Shown: positions 22,446 to 35,232, numbered from the whole stretch's first letter. The stretch: 63,766 bases of DNA, filler included, from Olpidium bornovanus S191 (GCA_017911155.1; 32 parts of 32 records of this genome joined end to end with filler, not necessarily neighbours in it); one strand, 5' to 3'. Translations and numbers: made by a program. Notes: generated from the sequence alone by a model not told the origin.

Positions 22446-23354
22446 TTCTGAGGGCGCGCTCTCCGTCTGTCTTTTCCCTCTTTTTTTTTTCTTTCTCTTT
22501 GGGGAGCGGGAGCGAAGTGTAACAAGTTTGGCAAACTCTTTTCCTTCTCGGTCAAACGTCGCACGCAGCGGCGGCGGAGCCAACCGCCGCCCCCCCCTTC
22601 TCCCCGCGTTCTCTTGCTTTTCCAAACGGAAAACACAGAAGCCCCCCCCCCCCAAAAACCCCGGGTCCGTAAACAGATCAAGAAACATTCTTCGTCTGCT
22701 TCGCGTCTTCCGTGCTCGGACCCTAAATAAAAAAAAACCCCGCGCCGCGCTCGTTCTTGCGCGCGGGCGGCCCAAACGGCTGAAACCTGTTTCTTTCCCC
22801 GCGTCCGCCACTTAGGCGGCGGCAACCGCAGAAAAAAAAAAAAAAAAAAAAAAAAAAACCCCCCCCCCAGCCCCCGGGGAAAAAAAAAAAAAAAAAAAAA
22901 AAAAAAATAAATAAAAGTGGAATGGAACACCCTCTACACGACCAAGCCCGAATCCACGCCGAATGGCGAGCGTTTGCTAAAATACGAGTCGATTTCCGCG
23001 ATCGCGAGGGAAAGGCAGACACAGCCGGTGAACGCGCGCGAAAATGTCCGCAAACTGTTGTGGCGAAAAGCGCGCGACTATCTTTTCGGCCGCGTTTGAA
23101 CGGGCGGAGAATCAGGCGGACGGATCAGGCGTCGGCGAGTCGGTCGCCGGCACGCCACGCCAGAGGAAGGGGTATGGTCGGGAGAGCCGGCTCCGGAACT
23201 TCTCGGATCTCGGTGGCTGGAGCTGACGCCGCCGGGGCAGAGGGTCAGCTTAGCCCCGGCTGCCGGTTTGCCGCGGCGACCCCGCCGCCTCCTTCCAGCG
23301 GTACGAAGTCTACTCCGGGAGACCCGGGGCGCGCCACCGGCCGCGCTCCGACCG

Positions 23355-23440
23355 CGTCCCGGCCGTCTCGGCCTGGTCATTGTCGCGCTGCAAACCACGT
23401 CCCGGCCGTCTCGGCCTGGTCATTGCCGCGCTGCAAACGA
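23355..23440. repeat. 43-bp tandem duplication (2 copies)
   Basis: cgtcccggccgtctcggcctggtcattg(t/c)cgcgctgcaaac(c/g)a repeated back to back. Confidence 0.9.
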
Positions 23441-23574
23441 CACACGAGGAGGGGTATCCGGCCGAGGTCGAGCACCGGAAAAGTGCTCCAACTCCCGCGT
23501 GTCCGCCAGCCAGCGGGGTCTTGATTCGGAAGACAGAGCGGGATCGAGGGCATCGGTTGCCCATGTTCTGTTGG

Positions 23575-23844
23575 TCACTTCTCCTTCCACTGGTAGCCGC
23601 ATTCCGGGTTGCAACACTGCAATTTTTTTTAAAAAAAAAAAACCAAAACCAAAAGTGGTGTCAGGTCCATATCCTGGTACCGGAGTTCGCAACGGCGCGG
23701 CGGAGGAAAAAAGCAAAAAGGCGCCGCAGAGAAGAAAGCGAAAAGGCACGCCGACCTTGTAGAATATGCTCGCAGGCTCGTCGGCGGATCGTATCTGGAT
23801 CATCATGTAGTACGCGCGGTCGTGCTCGCACTTCGGACAGGCGG
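23575..23844 (-). CDS. RPC11: RNA polymerase III subunit C11 (RPC10/POLR3K), last two exons
   Basis: AACPKCEHDRAYYMMIQIRSADEPASIFYK / CCNPECGYQWKEK*. The SADEP TFIIS-like ribbon separates it from Rpa12 (SADEG) and Rpb9. Confidence 0.92.
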
Positions 23845-24088
23845 CTGTTTCGGCGATTTCACTTATTAGCGCTACAGGGCGGTCGAGAGAAAAAAACCGA
23901 AGGGGCGAACGGGGAACAACGGCGTCCAAAAGGGCGGAGCAGCGAGCGGGGGGGGGGGGGGGCGGGGGGCCCCGCGGGGGGGGGCGGGNNNNNNNNNNNN
24001 NNNNNNNNNNNNNNNNNNNNNNNNNNNNNNNNTTAATTAATTAANNNNNNNNNNNNNNNNNNNNNNNNNNNNNNNNNNNNNNNNNNNN

Positions 24089-25140
24089 GATGATCAAGGA
24101 GCCTGATAAATTTATGGCTCCGCACTGGGTTGCGGATTTTTCCAAGGTTCTGGCTACGCGGGACACCGTGCGCTTCGACATCCAGCGCACCGCAAAATCC
24201 GTCCACATGGCAGTGCTCCTGAAGCAGGATATTATATTGTTTGAATGGGCTGCAGAACCGTATTCTAAGTGAGCATCACCGCAGCTTTTATTGGTTGCTT
24301 GTGTGATAGTGGTACCGTGCGTTGTGCCGGAATAAGACTTAAGTCTCTTCTTGCGGTTGTAGGTTCATGAAAGTCAAGGCCTTTTGGCTACCGGAGACCC
24401 CAAAATTCGTCTCATTGCAACACGACATGCTTGAGCCCACGTTTCTCATTGTAGGTTACGCCTCCGAGCTGAACGCAGTTCGAATATCAGATGCCGAAGT
24501 CTCGGACCTCCCTGTACCAGGAGAGATAAGAGCGGCGGAAGGGGAATGGGAAGACATGATCCCGCTGCTGCACCCGGACGACAACAAAGTGGAGGCGACC
24601 AACGTCTTTCACGGCACAGCCCGGAAGGCGGCAGTTGTCCGAGCAGGGCAGACCGGGACGGCTTTGCGCGACCATGCGTCGTCGCGGGTGAAGGCGAAGT
24701 ACTATTTGGCAACCTACGGCAACATGTCGTCGATTGTGGACTCGGCGGCCCGGCCGGTGAAAAACCTTCCCAATTTCACGAGGAAGGAGGGCGGGCCGCA
24801 GACGGGGGCGGCCGCCGACGGGCATCCTTCCGCACCGTCGCCCGAAACCCCGCCCGCACCGGTGTTCAGGTGGTCCGCGACGCCAAGCAGCATCATCTGC
24901 AACTGGAGCGAAAACGACCCTTCCGAACTGATCGCGTTCCTCGGCAAGGGCGGCGTCGAGGTGTGCTCGTTCCGCACCGGCCGGAGGGTCACCGTTTTCC
25001 CGCCCGGCGCCCCGGTGCGCTTGATCGCCCAGAGCCGAGACAAGCAGATCTTTTTCGCGTCCGGAAAGTCGCGGAAACGGTGCAGCTTGCACGTGATAAA
25101 ACTCGACCGGCTGGCGGAGCAGCGGGCAGCAGACGCATGA
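24089..25140 (+). CDS. C-terminal citron-homology (CNH)-like domain protein, possibly a MAP4K/GCK-family kinase tail
   Basis: Two exons: ...HMAVLLKQDIILFEWAAEPYSK / FMKVKAFWLPETPKF...FRWSATPSSII...GVEVCSFRTG...RLIAQ. The pattern resembles the LLxWxEPxxKFMxxK segment of MAP4K CNH domains. No kinase domain on this contig. Confidence 0.6.
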
Positions 25141-25355
25141 AGGGTGCCGTTGCGGGCCGTGAACCGCCCGAAAAACAGAATCCGAGCCAATTAAAGAAAA
25201 ATAAGCGGGCCGAGGCGTGGCCCATTTTAAGAAGGGATGGGGGAGTGGGCGGGGANNNNNNNNNNNNNNNNNNNNNNNNNNNNNNNNNNNNNNNNNNNNT
25301 TAATTAATTAANNNNNNNNNNNNNNNNNNNNNNNNNNNNNNNNNNNNNNNNNNNN

Positions 25356-27136
25356 CATGTACGCGTCCAAAAGCGGGCGGACGTGCTTGACAAGGTCTGA
25401 GAACGGGACCTGGATTATCACCAGCAACAGTAGCGTCTCGAGTTGCGACGCTGCGTATTCGCGCGCCGGGCGAGACGCAGGCTCTGCCAGCAGGATGTCG
25501 AGCGCGCTCCGCATCAGGCCAATGATCTCTTGCAACATTTCGGTCTCCTGAGGCAGCTTCGCGCCGTTTCGGACGCCCGCACCCGCACACGTCAACAGCA
25601 GGGAAAAGAGTTTCCCTAAACTCCACGTCGCCGCCTCCGTCCTTTCCCGCTGAGCCGCCTCCAGCCGAATCCTGCCCTGCTCAGCAAGCACCTCCCATAT
25701 CGGCTTCATATGTTCGCGCTTCGTCTGATTTGACAGCAACCGGAACGTACAGTCCACCATCCGGAACGTGCGACCGGGAGCTGCAAAACGCGAAAAAGTG
25801 CCGGAGTTCGGTCGTGTTAACTTTTCGCACAGCCGCAGGCTCTCGGCAAGCAGCCGAAACCGACCTTCCTCCTCTTGAAGGAGCTGCTCGAGGATAGTTT
25901 TCAGAGTGCCCGCTGCTCTGGAGTGGACCCTGCCGCCGACGCCCTTTGCAGTCTCGCTGAAGAGGCAGGCAAGACCTTGCTCAAAGTTAACAGCAGCGGT
26001 GCCGCAATATTCCGGCTCATCGCGTAAAAATTGCACCAGGCACGCGGCGACGCGGCCAAACTCCGAGAGAACGCCCGCTTCCCCGTCCGCCGGCCGAGAA
26101 AGTTTTCGCAGGAGGAAAGCCAGGCATTCTGCAGCGAACCGCGAGACGTGCTGGTTGTAGTGGTGGTTCCCGGCAGCAACGCCTCCCTTGGCCGAACTCG
26201 ACCCAAGCAGAGGTGCCAAGAGGTTGAATGCCGAAACGAAGTTGCTGGTCAACAGCCTTGAAAGGTATTTGAACAGGTACGCAATTGAGTTGAAAGCAGC
26301 CTGCGGAAAACACAGGGAAACACAGGGACCGTAAGGTTTCCAAGCGTGAAGCCGCCGCACACGAAGAAATGCTGGCGACCGGGCGAACCTCAAGGATGGC
26401 CACGTCCTTGTACCGCAGCAGAGGTAAAATCGAGGAAATAACACGCTCGAAATACGGATAAAACTCGTCCTGCAGGTCTCTAGCAAGCGTCGTGACAAGG
26501 CTGGAACAACCAGGTACGCGCAAGTCAGCCGGGGGGCCTCCTCCCGGTTCGCCATCCAAGCAGACGCGCGCGCGCGCCCTCTCATACTTCAGAAGCGGCT
26601 CTAGCGCCAGGCTGTTGTGGACTTCCAAGTGGCGCAGCAGGACGTCCACAACTTTTTCCTTGTTGTACAGGAGGATCGCGAGTGAACCCGTGTACTGGTC
26701 CACCTCCCGCCGGAAATGCGTGAAGTGCAGCGTGCAGTTCAGCTCGCTCCAGGACGAGAGAGACTCGGCAAAGAGGGAACCGGCATGCTTTTGTGGAAAC
26801 CGTTAAGCGGGGGGGGGGAGCCACGCAGAAGGGGTCAGAAGGACGTTTCCGGCGCCCGGCCGCCTCGGCCAACCTGACGCAGAACGGGCGAAACGGGCGC
26901 GCGCTAACGGGACCCCGCCACAGCTACCTCGGGTTCGTCGCGCACGCGGGCCACTGTCCTCCCAACCAGGATTTGAACGTCCTCGACTCTTGACTTGAAC
27001 GAACGATACTGCGGCCAGCGAACGCGAGAATGGAAGAAAGGGGTTTATTTTTCCCGCTCGAAAGTCAGCGACGCGGGACATATATGCGCCCAAGGGGGTG
27101 GGCTGCTGCTAGGGGGGGGGGCCAACGGCGGGGCGG

Positions 27137-27179
<43 letters not shown>

Positions 27180-27251
27180 TCTCTCGCTCACCCTGAAGCG
27201 GTTTGCGCCGCCGGTCGTGCTCAGCTGCTTGGCGGCATCCCCGGCGGGCAT
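25356..27251 (-). CDS. UTP20: small-subunit processome component Utp20, N-terminal part
   Basis: Spliced MPAGDAAKQLSTTGGANRFR/YRSFKSRVEDVQI...RDEPE/HAGSLFAESLSSWSELNCTLHFTHFRREV...LALEPLL...LARDLQDEFYPYF...AAFNSIAYLFKYLSRLL. Confidence 0.93.
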
Positions 27252-27630
27252 GGCTGGGCGCTCGCTCACTCTCTCTCTCTGGGCGGGGCGCCGGGGAGGA
27301 AGTCGTGTGTCCCTTCCCCCCCTTTCCTCCTCTCCTTTTTCCTCCTTTTCTTCCTTTCTTCCCACTCTAACAACCCCGCCCCCACTGAAAAAAAAAAAAA
27401 AAAAAAATTGCTTTCCCCCCGTCCCCCCCCTCCCCCCTTTTTCTCGCCCCCCCCCCCCTCTCCCTGAACAACGGACGTGGGGCAAAGCAGACAAAGGAAG
27501 ACGGGTGCACAATGGAGGGACCAAGGATGGAGGGCGGAGACGGCGGACGGCGGACGCCGGAGACCTCACTGCGCGGTTCGGAACGCTGTAGAGCTTCTAC
27601 AGGCTTTTGGTTTATTTTGCGTGGCGTTGG

Positions 27631-27705
27631 CGTGCAGGATTTACAGGGGGAAGAAAGGAAGGATGGCCAACGTGCAGGATTTACAGGGGGAAGAAAGGAA
27701 GGATG
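27631..27705. repeat. 40-bp-period tandem duplication
   Basis: cgtgcaggatttacagggggaagaaaggaaggatg (35 bp) occurs identically at 27631 and 27671. Confidence 0.9.
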
Positions 27706-27911
27706 ATTCCAGTAGGAGTCTGCGCTGCCGGCTACGTCCAACCCCCTTTCCCACATTTTTCCACCACCCCACCTCTCCTAGGGAATTTATCACGCCCATG
27801 GNNNNNNNNNNNNNNNNNNNNNNNNNNNNNNNNNNNNNNNNNNNNTTAATTAATTAANNNNNNNNNNNNNNNNNNNNNNNNNNNNNNNNNNNNNNNNNNN
27901 NGTGCCACGCA

Positions 27912-28230
27912 GACGGGTGCACGATATGCACACGAGTGTTTCGCTGGTGCGGAAGGGAAATGGAAGTTGCTCCTTCCCCTATGCGGGCACCGTCCGACGG
28001 ACGACGTCCGCAAAATCATGCGGGAAGAAAAGATGCAACGAGGAGAACGGGCGGAAGGTCGCCGAACGTTGAATGTTCAGGAAGCCCCGAAGACGGCAGC
28101 TGCCGCCGTCAATTTGCGTGGCACGGAGGAAGCCTTGGCGGCTGCTTTTCGAACCGTTTTGAGAATTTACCCGGTCGTGTCACTGCGGTCATCCACGGGC
28201 AATTTTTCCTACGCCGCCATGCTTCCCGGG
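27912..28230 (+). CDS. possible internal exon of an unidentified gene
   Basis: Open frame from a GCAG acceptor to a GTTAGC donor: TGARYAHECFAGAEGKWKLLLPLCGHRPTDDVRKIMREEK...EEALAAAFRTVLRIYPVVSL. Confidence 0.3.
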
Positions 28231-29089
28231 GTTAGCTCCGCTCTTCTTCCCCCCACTTCCCTGCCCTCTGCATTCGATATGCATCCCGTCGTACCCCAAA
28301 CGTTCGGGCGCGTGAATTCCGGTTCGCGTGTGTGCGTACATAGGGTAAGCTCCAAGATACCTCGCCACTCGTAGAAAGTACGTAGATTATGGTACAGAAG
28401 AAAAGACGTGCGTGCGTGGGGGTACCGCGCGAGAAAGAAGAAACGACGAGGCGTACAAAGAGCGGAAGGCCGAAGAGAAGACGTGGCTTCCAAACAAAGG
28501 TAACGGAACGCCCAAGACGGAAGGGCGGCGGACTCGGCCAAGCCGACTAAAAAAATCAAATAAGGACCTCGGACCTCCTCTCCAAGCGGAGATTCGGCTG
28601 CCTACGTACCCAGTTGCCCGGGATCAGAGGTACCGTAGTTCCGTGAGGATAAATGGAATATAAATAATATATGTAATATAAGTAAAATAAATAATATAAA
28701 TATTCTTGGGTAGTCCGCGGCCTGGAGCGCGGTTCGGAAACAATCGGTTAGAATATTGATCGAGCGCGCGTTCATGCGAAATATACGCAGTGCAAATATA
28801 CCAAAATTGTCCCCTTCACTAGAGAATCAAACAGAACGGGTGAGCGCTTCTGATGTCGCAAAGAAAACATGAAAACAAAGAAAGATAAAGCTCCCGTATA
28901 CCATAAATGTTCGGCTTTACACTAGAAGATGAAAAGGGAAGGAATGAGCGGGAAACAGGAAAAACGAGTAAGATCAAAAGTGCATCAANNNNNNNNNNNN
29001 NNNNNNNNNNNNNNNNNNNNNNNNNNNNNNNNTTAATTAATTAANNNNNNNNNNNNNNNNNNNNNNNNNNNNNNNNNNNNNNNNNNNNC

Positions 29090-29329
29090 ATGGCGCACCT
29101 GGGTTTCGAAAACGCGGCGTCGCACTGCTCTCCACGCCTGGCGTACTACCTGTTTCGGTACGTTCGGGCCGAGGAAGGGGAAAGAGCGAAGCCGCGGCAG
29201 AAGAGGATCCGCCGACTCGCGGGCGGCGACGACGACGAAGGCCGGGTTCCCCCGCCGTCGCCGCCGCAATTCGCGAAGAAAATGATCCGCGACGGACCAA
29301 AGTTGAACAACTTCAGCATTGTCGTGTGA
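29090..29329 (+). CDS. possible exon fragments of an unidentified gene
   Basis: MAHLGFENAASHCSPRLAYYLFR and KMIRDGPKLNNFSIVV are bounded by GTACGT and GTGAGT donors. Not recognised. Confidence 0.3.
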   Translation: MAHLGFENAASHCSPRLAYYLFRYVRAEEGERAKPRQKRIRRLAGGDDDEGRVPPPSPPQFAKKMIRDGPKLNNFSIVV

Positions 29330-31301
29330 GTTTTTTTTTGTGCGTATCGCGCCTTTTGCTTCAATCTCGTCCCCGCGCACGCAATTACCCGTCTCCCGGC
29401 ACACCTCCCCCGCGGGTCGTTTTTCAGACCGGCCGGGTGAATGGTGCCGCGGCAAAAAAAAAGAAGGAAAAGGAAATTTTTTTCTTCTTCTTGGTTCGCA
29501 GTGGGGCGAAGCACGCGGTCGCGGTTATCATTAATCCCAGTGTCGAATCGGCTTTTCTGCGGGCGAGGGGCGGTTTGGAAGGGGGTGTGTGTGGGGGGAG
29601 GGGGGGGAAGGTCGACGGCAAGAAAAAAAAAAAAGAAGATTCTCGAGCCTTTGAAAATCACGTCAAAAACTGCGTGCCGTGCGCCGTTCCTCCCAGATTA
29701 TTTTTGAGTAGTGATTGAATCCCGCGCTCTCCCTCTCGGTTTCACCGAATTTTGGAACAGTTATTCGAGGCCCTTCACCCGCGCGCGCGCTTTTGTTGCT
29801 TCTCGAGGCTTCCTCCCCCTCAGCCACCCCCAGATGAGATCCCCTGCACAGGTGCTCCGATGCCTATCCGGTTGCTCCGCGCGGCTGAGCGATTTCCACG
29901 TTCTGGCGGTGCCGTGTGGTTTCCACGTTTGCGGCAGCGTCTGCATAAAACCCAATCCGACGGCGAGGGATTTGGCGGGTCGAAGACGGCGGGCAGGTAA
30001 AAGGCCCAACGAACTTCCTTCCGTCATTAAACGGCCGCCCAAAACTCCCCTGCCCTGGTTATTTCCGCATCCTTCGCACGTTCCACCGAAACAAAACAGC
30101 CACTCCATTCCTCGTGCCTTACACACTCCGGCCAAACGGTCACCCCCCCCCCCCCTCCCCCCCCCCCCCCGGCCCCCGGGCCCCCCCCCCCCCCCCTTCC
30201 CCGCCCCCAAGGTCGAAGACTTTTTCTCTGGAGTAGAAGACGCGTGTTCGCTGCTCTGCGGAACCGCCGAAAACAAGCTTGCTGTCAAAGCTAAAGCGGC
30301 CAACATTCCCCTCCCTTTCTTTTCTTCGGTTGTCGCGTGGTATGGCCACCCATTGGACGCAGTGCAGACATTCCTCTCCGGCCGGCGACCGGGAATTGCC
30401 ATAGTTTTGCCCTGAACACTGTACCCTGGCATATTCCCGCGACAAACTTTCCAGCACTTGGTTATAAGTTGCAATAAATAAAAGGAAATACCCCCTGTTA
30501 CATTTATTCGGGATTTGATTCGCTGAGCGGCAGGAAAATTGGAAGGTTTAAACTGGGCCGGACGTTTGAACCTCCATTACTCTCTCACTACTAGACATCC
30601 TGGTACCAGATGAAAGAAAGTTTTCGAAAAAGAATTACGTGATGATGTGAATTATCTGAGCAGGTTGTCTTTAATTAATTATTTTAAATTAGTGTCGTAA
30701 TGTTTTTTATTACGTCGCTAATGCGCCCTTCGACGCGCCAATGGGCGCCTCCGCCGGCGCCGGCGCCGCCATTAGTGCCGTCGCCGGTGGGGCGAGAAGC
30801 GAGAAGGTGCATACTCCGTGTGCAACCGCGGGTGAGGTAACCAGTCCGTTCAGCAAGCGCGTACTTTTCACAAAGCATTGCCCGGCAGGGATTTAACCTC
30901 TTCTTCGGGCACGACTTGGGCGAGAGGTGTGTCCGGTGGAAGTTCGTTCTCCCGGATTGGCAGAGTCTTCCGCCAAACCCGTTGTCGTCAGCTGCTGTTG
31001 TGCATCACAACAGTATGACTGTCAGTTACATGATGTTCGTTGGGGGGCGTCAAGCACATCAAGCATCGAAGGTGTCTGCGTACGCGTTAACCGAGCTTTT
31101 GCTCGACACGCCGTTATTTCCAGCATGCCGGGTTCTAATTCGTCCCCCGCGGGCGGGTCGAATAAAACCGTTTTTTGGAGGGGCGATTCCGTAGTTATGA
31201 CCAATTCTTCCGTCAATAAGGAATTTTTTTTTTTGGGGACGTCTGGCGGAACAAAATCAGGACGTTGGCCAAAACCGAAAGGGCGTCGAGCGGCGATCAA
31301 A

Positions 31302-31336
<35 letters not shown>

Positions 31337-31436
31337 NNNNNNNNNNNNNNNNNNNNNNNNNNNNNNNNNNNNNNNNNNNNTTAATTAATTAANNNNNNNN
31401 NNNNNNNNNNNNNNNNNNNNNNNNNNNNNNNNNNNN

Positions 31437-32155
31437 AAAGGACTGCCAACGCAGAGCCGATATCCGTGTAGTAAAGGAATCCAGTGCTGAATAGTACTGG
31501 AAACCACGACAGTACGAACGCGCTCAGAGCCGCCTGGGCGTCAGTCCGTCCTACATGGAGTGTGCGGAACAAGGATACCAAGACAAGATAAATGCACGTG
31601 GACAGGATCGTGTTCGTCCACCGGAGATGCTGCGTCGTGCACCACCAAGGGCCCGTGGCAGGCAAGCCATCCGCCGGCAGACTCTTCGACGGCAATAGCG
31701 ATAATGGCAGGAGGACGAAACTGGAGTAAATATATCTGGTCGAAAGTGTTTCCGCCGGACGGCGGGTTCCGGAGAGGAGGTCGTTTGGGGGTTTAAGCAT
31801 TCAATGAGTCAACTGGCCCGTTTATCCTGGACAAAGCGTAGAAAAGCCTTACAAGCCCGGTGGGGTCGTGATCTTTGAGTCCCACTTGGTGAACTCCGCC
31901 CGACAGAATGCTTGCGCCTGTGGTACGTGGAAGATTTCATCCTATTCGGGCCAACGAGACAGAACAAAGGCTTGGCCGTCCGCGAACACGAAACGCTATT
32001 CCGATCCCCCCAGCGCACCCCCCCCCCCCCCACACGAGACGCACCATGTAAGGATCCGGTACCGTGAAGGTATTCAGGACGAAGGTTACCGCGACTTGTA
32101 CCAGCACTATCCACACGTACCAAGGGAGCCGCGCGAAGAGCGAAGTGGCCCCCAT
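31437..32155 (-). CDS. ALG10: Dol-P-Glc alpha-1,2-glucosyltransferase Alg10/Die2, N-terminal part
   Basis: [37 protein letters not shown]...FLYYTDIGS carries both diagnostic ALG10 motifs, with hydrophobic helices. The start could be an upstream ATG. Confidence 0.93.
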
Positions 32156-32646
32156 CTTCAAGCCTTTCTTAAAGGACGGAAAACCTTTTTCAGCATTCCG
32201 TAACATGGACGCGTGCGACCCTGCTGCTGACATGCGGCGCCTGCAAGGTCCAGACCGCCGCTGTGGGAACGTGGCCTTACCTCAAGGAGGGGAAAGGCCG
32301 AACCGGCGGCAAAGCTCGCCCGCCGCTTCCCCGGCGGCGAGCGTGCGTGTGGGAGGGGACGGTCACCGGTTGTGGCGCCGGCGTGCCTCTGCGAACGGGC
32401 TGTGCGCGGGCGGGGGTGACAATTTTTTCACGCCACAACCAAAAAAAAATTTCCCCGCCTTTCAAAACAGAGGGAAAAAATATGATGGGGTAAGCCGACT
32501 TCGCGGCGGACCCGAAGCAACGGAGAAAGAACAGATCAAGGTTTAGNNNNNNNNNNNNNNNNNNNNNNNNNNNNNNNNNNNNNNNNNNNNTTAATTAATT
32601 AANNNNNNNNNNNNNNNNNNNNNNNNNNNNNNNNNNNNNNNNNNNN

Positions 32647-33605
32647 CATGCGCGTCCACGTCCAGGTTCAGCATACCGGCGGAGTCCGGCATGACGGGAC
32701 GCCATCGGTCCTCCTTGAATATGTGTGGCTGGCAGGAAAATATCGAAAAAAATTAGGTGCAAGTAAAGGAAATTCGGCGAGAAGCTTGATGACTCAAGGG
32801 CCGGCGCGCGGGACGAGTCGGCGGGCGTGGTTGCGGAATCAACCAACCAGAATGGCGACTTCGCTTCCCGAGCGCGCAGACGCGAGCTTCTTGTTGTCGA
32901 CCTTGAGAGGGAAAGGAGGGAGCGTAGCGCGTTGGTTTCGGGCGTGTTCCCCCAGTTCGGGTCCGCGTGGGGGCACAGCTACTCGAACGTCGACTTACCA
33001 TAATGAGGATGATAGGTCCAGGCGACGCCTCTCGCAGAGCGGACGCGATCTTAGCGGCTGTCGGCGGAACAGAGGAATCGTCCGCGCGTTCGTTCGCGTG
33101 ATAGTAACCAGCTATCCGGAGCTTGTTGGCCTCGCAGTGAATAAGCACCTTAACAAGCGGTTTTGAGAGACAGCGATCAATGGCGGTTTTCCTAGCGTTC
33201 GGTTCTGCACTAGGATCCAGCGCGCGCTTGGATGCTAAACGGCGTGTCTCCCAAGAGTCGGAAACGGTCTCCGACGACAGAGCGGGAAGCCTGCGGGGAA
33301 CATCCACGTCACCGCTATGCGGTCCCCCTGTTCCCCTCTCCGTCGCCCTCGTCCGCGGCCTACCCGCTCACCTGCTGCACCGCGATTTCAGTCACGGGCG
33401 ACAGGGTGGACCACCTGTGAAACAGGTGCACGGCGTCGACGATGGCCACCGTCTCCGCCGGGGCGTGCCGCTCGTCGCCCGCGCTGGCCAGCAGCAGACC
33501 TGACACCGCGCTGCCCGGATGCCGCGCAGCGTGCAGCACAATCTTGGCGTAGGCGTCCGCCGACAGCGTCGCGGTCGTCGGCGCCGCAGCGGTGGGGGGA
33601 GCCAT
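32647..33605 (-). CDS. EMC8: ER membrane protein complex subunit 8/9 homolog (UPF0172, MPN-like)
   Basis: TLSADAYAKIVLHAARHPGSAVSGLLL...IVDAVHLFHRWSTLSPVTEIAVQQ/V...IAGYYHANER...KIAS...IILIM/VDNKKL. 3-prime end runs off contig. Confidence 0.9.
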
Positions 33606-33707
33606 GCCAGAAAGGGGCGGGGGTTTTTTCGGGGGGTTGTTTCTTTCGGTCTGCGGGGGTGCGGCGGGTTTCTCGCCGGCCGGCGGACAACAACTGAAGG
33701 TTTTGAA

Positions 33708-33717
33708 GTCACGTGAC
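33708..33717. promoter_or_regulatory. perfect palindrome GTCACGTGAC in the divergent EMC8/9-UTP10 promoter
   Basis: About 100 bp upstream of the EMC8/9 ATG and about 385 bp upstream of the UTP10 ATG. Confidence 0.55.
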
Positions 33718-34100
33718 CGTCCCTTTTTGACAAAACCCCCCTGGGGGAGAGAGGGGTTTTCCGCCAGACCCTCTTCTTCCCCTGCGAACGACCCGCTCTC
33801 TCCAAGAGCGGCGTCCCCGAAACAAACGAAAGCGCTCGCCGCCGTCCATTCCCGCTCCGAAGGGTTGAGGGCCCCGCAGAGCGAAGGGGGGAGTGAGAGA
33901 GAGGGAGACAGAGAGAGAGAGATAGTCAGAGAGAGAGAACGAACCCCGCCGGCGGACGGTGGGATCCGCCCTGCCTTGCACCGCGTTCCTCCTGCAGGCA
34001 CCGTTTCGGCAACGGCCTCCCTTGGGACCCCCAGACGGAAAAAAACTGGACTGCGACTTGCAGCAACAGAAACAGCTAGCGCTCGATTTTCCCCTCCGCC

Positions 34101-35079
34101 ATGGCAACGTCGTTGGCGTCGCAACTCGTCGCGGTAGCGCAGAGGAACCAGGCACTGAACTTTCGCCGGACGCGGAAGCGGTACTCGTTGTTATTTTCGC
34201 CCGAGGACGCCGCGGACCTCGACAACGACTACATATACTCGCTTGCCGCAAATGGGTTGCAGGAGCTCGCCTTGCTCGACCCCACGTTCTTGCACTTTGA
34301 GGCCGCTTTGTTCTCCGAAGTTGTTAAGGCCAAGGACCGAGAGCTCATGGTGAGTGGAGTGCGCGTGAGTTTAAGGGCGCGACAACCACGACCATCTGTG
34401 TTCGCTTGTTCACCGGTGCCACGGTTTTTTAACGTCGTGCAGGTTCAAGAAGAATTGAACAAACTCAATAGACGCATTGACAGCTTTCTTCAGCGTGTTT
34501 CCCCGTTCTTTCTGCACAAGGCCACTGCGAAGACCCTTGAGTGGCTCATTCGGCATTTCCGGATTCAAGATTTTAACGTCGAGTCGATCCTCAAGTGCTC
34601 GCTGGTCTACCACGAAACGCAGCAGTTTGCAAAGTTGATTTCGATATGCACGATACGGTGAGTGGCGGCGTTCATTATTGGCAGATTTTGGTTTGCCCGC
34701 GGTCTTGCAAACGCTCACCGACCGCTCGCGGAACGCCATCTTAACAGGGAGGACTCCCGTTGGGCCTTCCTTCGCGAGCTGCGGAATAACCCCAAGCCAG
34801 TTCAGCTAAGAGTTCTCGTACGGCAGTGCGTAAAAGACGTGTCATTGGTTGAGTTCTCGTGTGATATGGTACGTTCTCGCGACCGTGTTCGCGGTGTGGC
34901 CAGCTCAGTCCACGGCTGACTCTCGATGCCGTGGAGAAAGGTCAAGTCTGCAGCACGCGAGCAGTCTCTGCATACGTCCCTTGTCACCTTCCAGGCGGCG
35001 CTGCTCATCCAATACATCCAGGCTGTTCCTAAGGTCACGGAAAAGATTATGGTCGTCCTGCTACCTCACATCATCCATG
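34101..35079 (+). CDS. UTP10: U3 snoRNP protein Utp10 (HEATR1), N-terminal part
   Basis: MATSLASQL...SLLFSPEDAADLD...ANGLQELALLDPTF..FEAALFS...KDRELM...IDSFLQRVSPFFLHKATAKTLEWLIRHFRIQDFNVESIL...YHETQQF. Confidence 0.95.
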
Positions 35080-35232
35080 NNNNNNNNNNNNNNNNNNNNN
35101 NNNNNNNNNNNNNNNNNNNNNNNTTAATTAATTAANNNNNNNNNNNNNNNNNNNNNNNNNNNNNNNNNNNNNNNNNNNNCATGACAAAGCCTAGATCCCC
35201 GCGAAAATGACCTCTCTCGTCCGCAAATCCAG

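Noticed and set aside
28640-28988. AT-rich block as an LTR or promoter
   Set aside because: No second copy, TG...CA ends, PBS or PPT can be shown in this window.
25356-35079. UTP20, UTP10 and the LYAR-type gene as a ribosome-biogenesis cluster
   Set aside because: They are on different contigs separated by linkers; co-occurrence reflects packing, not synteny.
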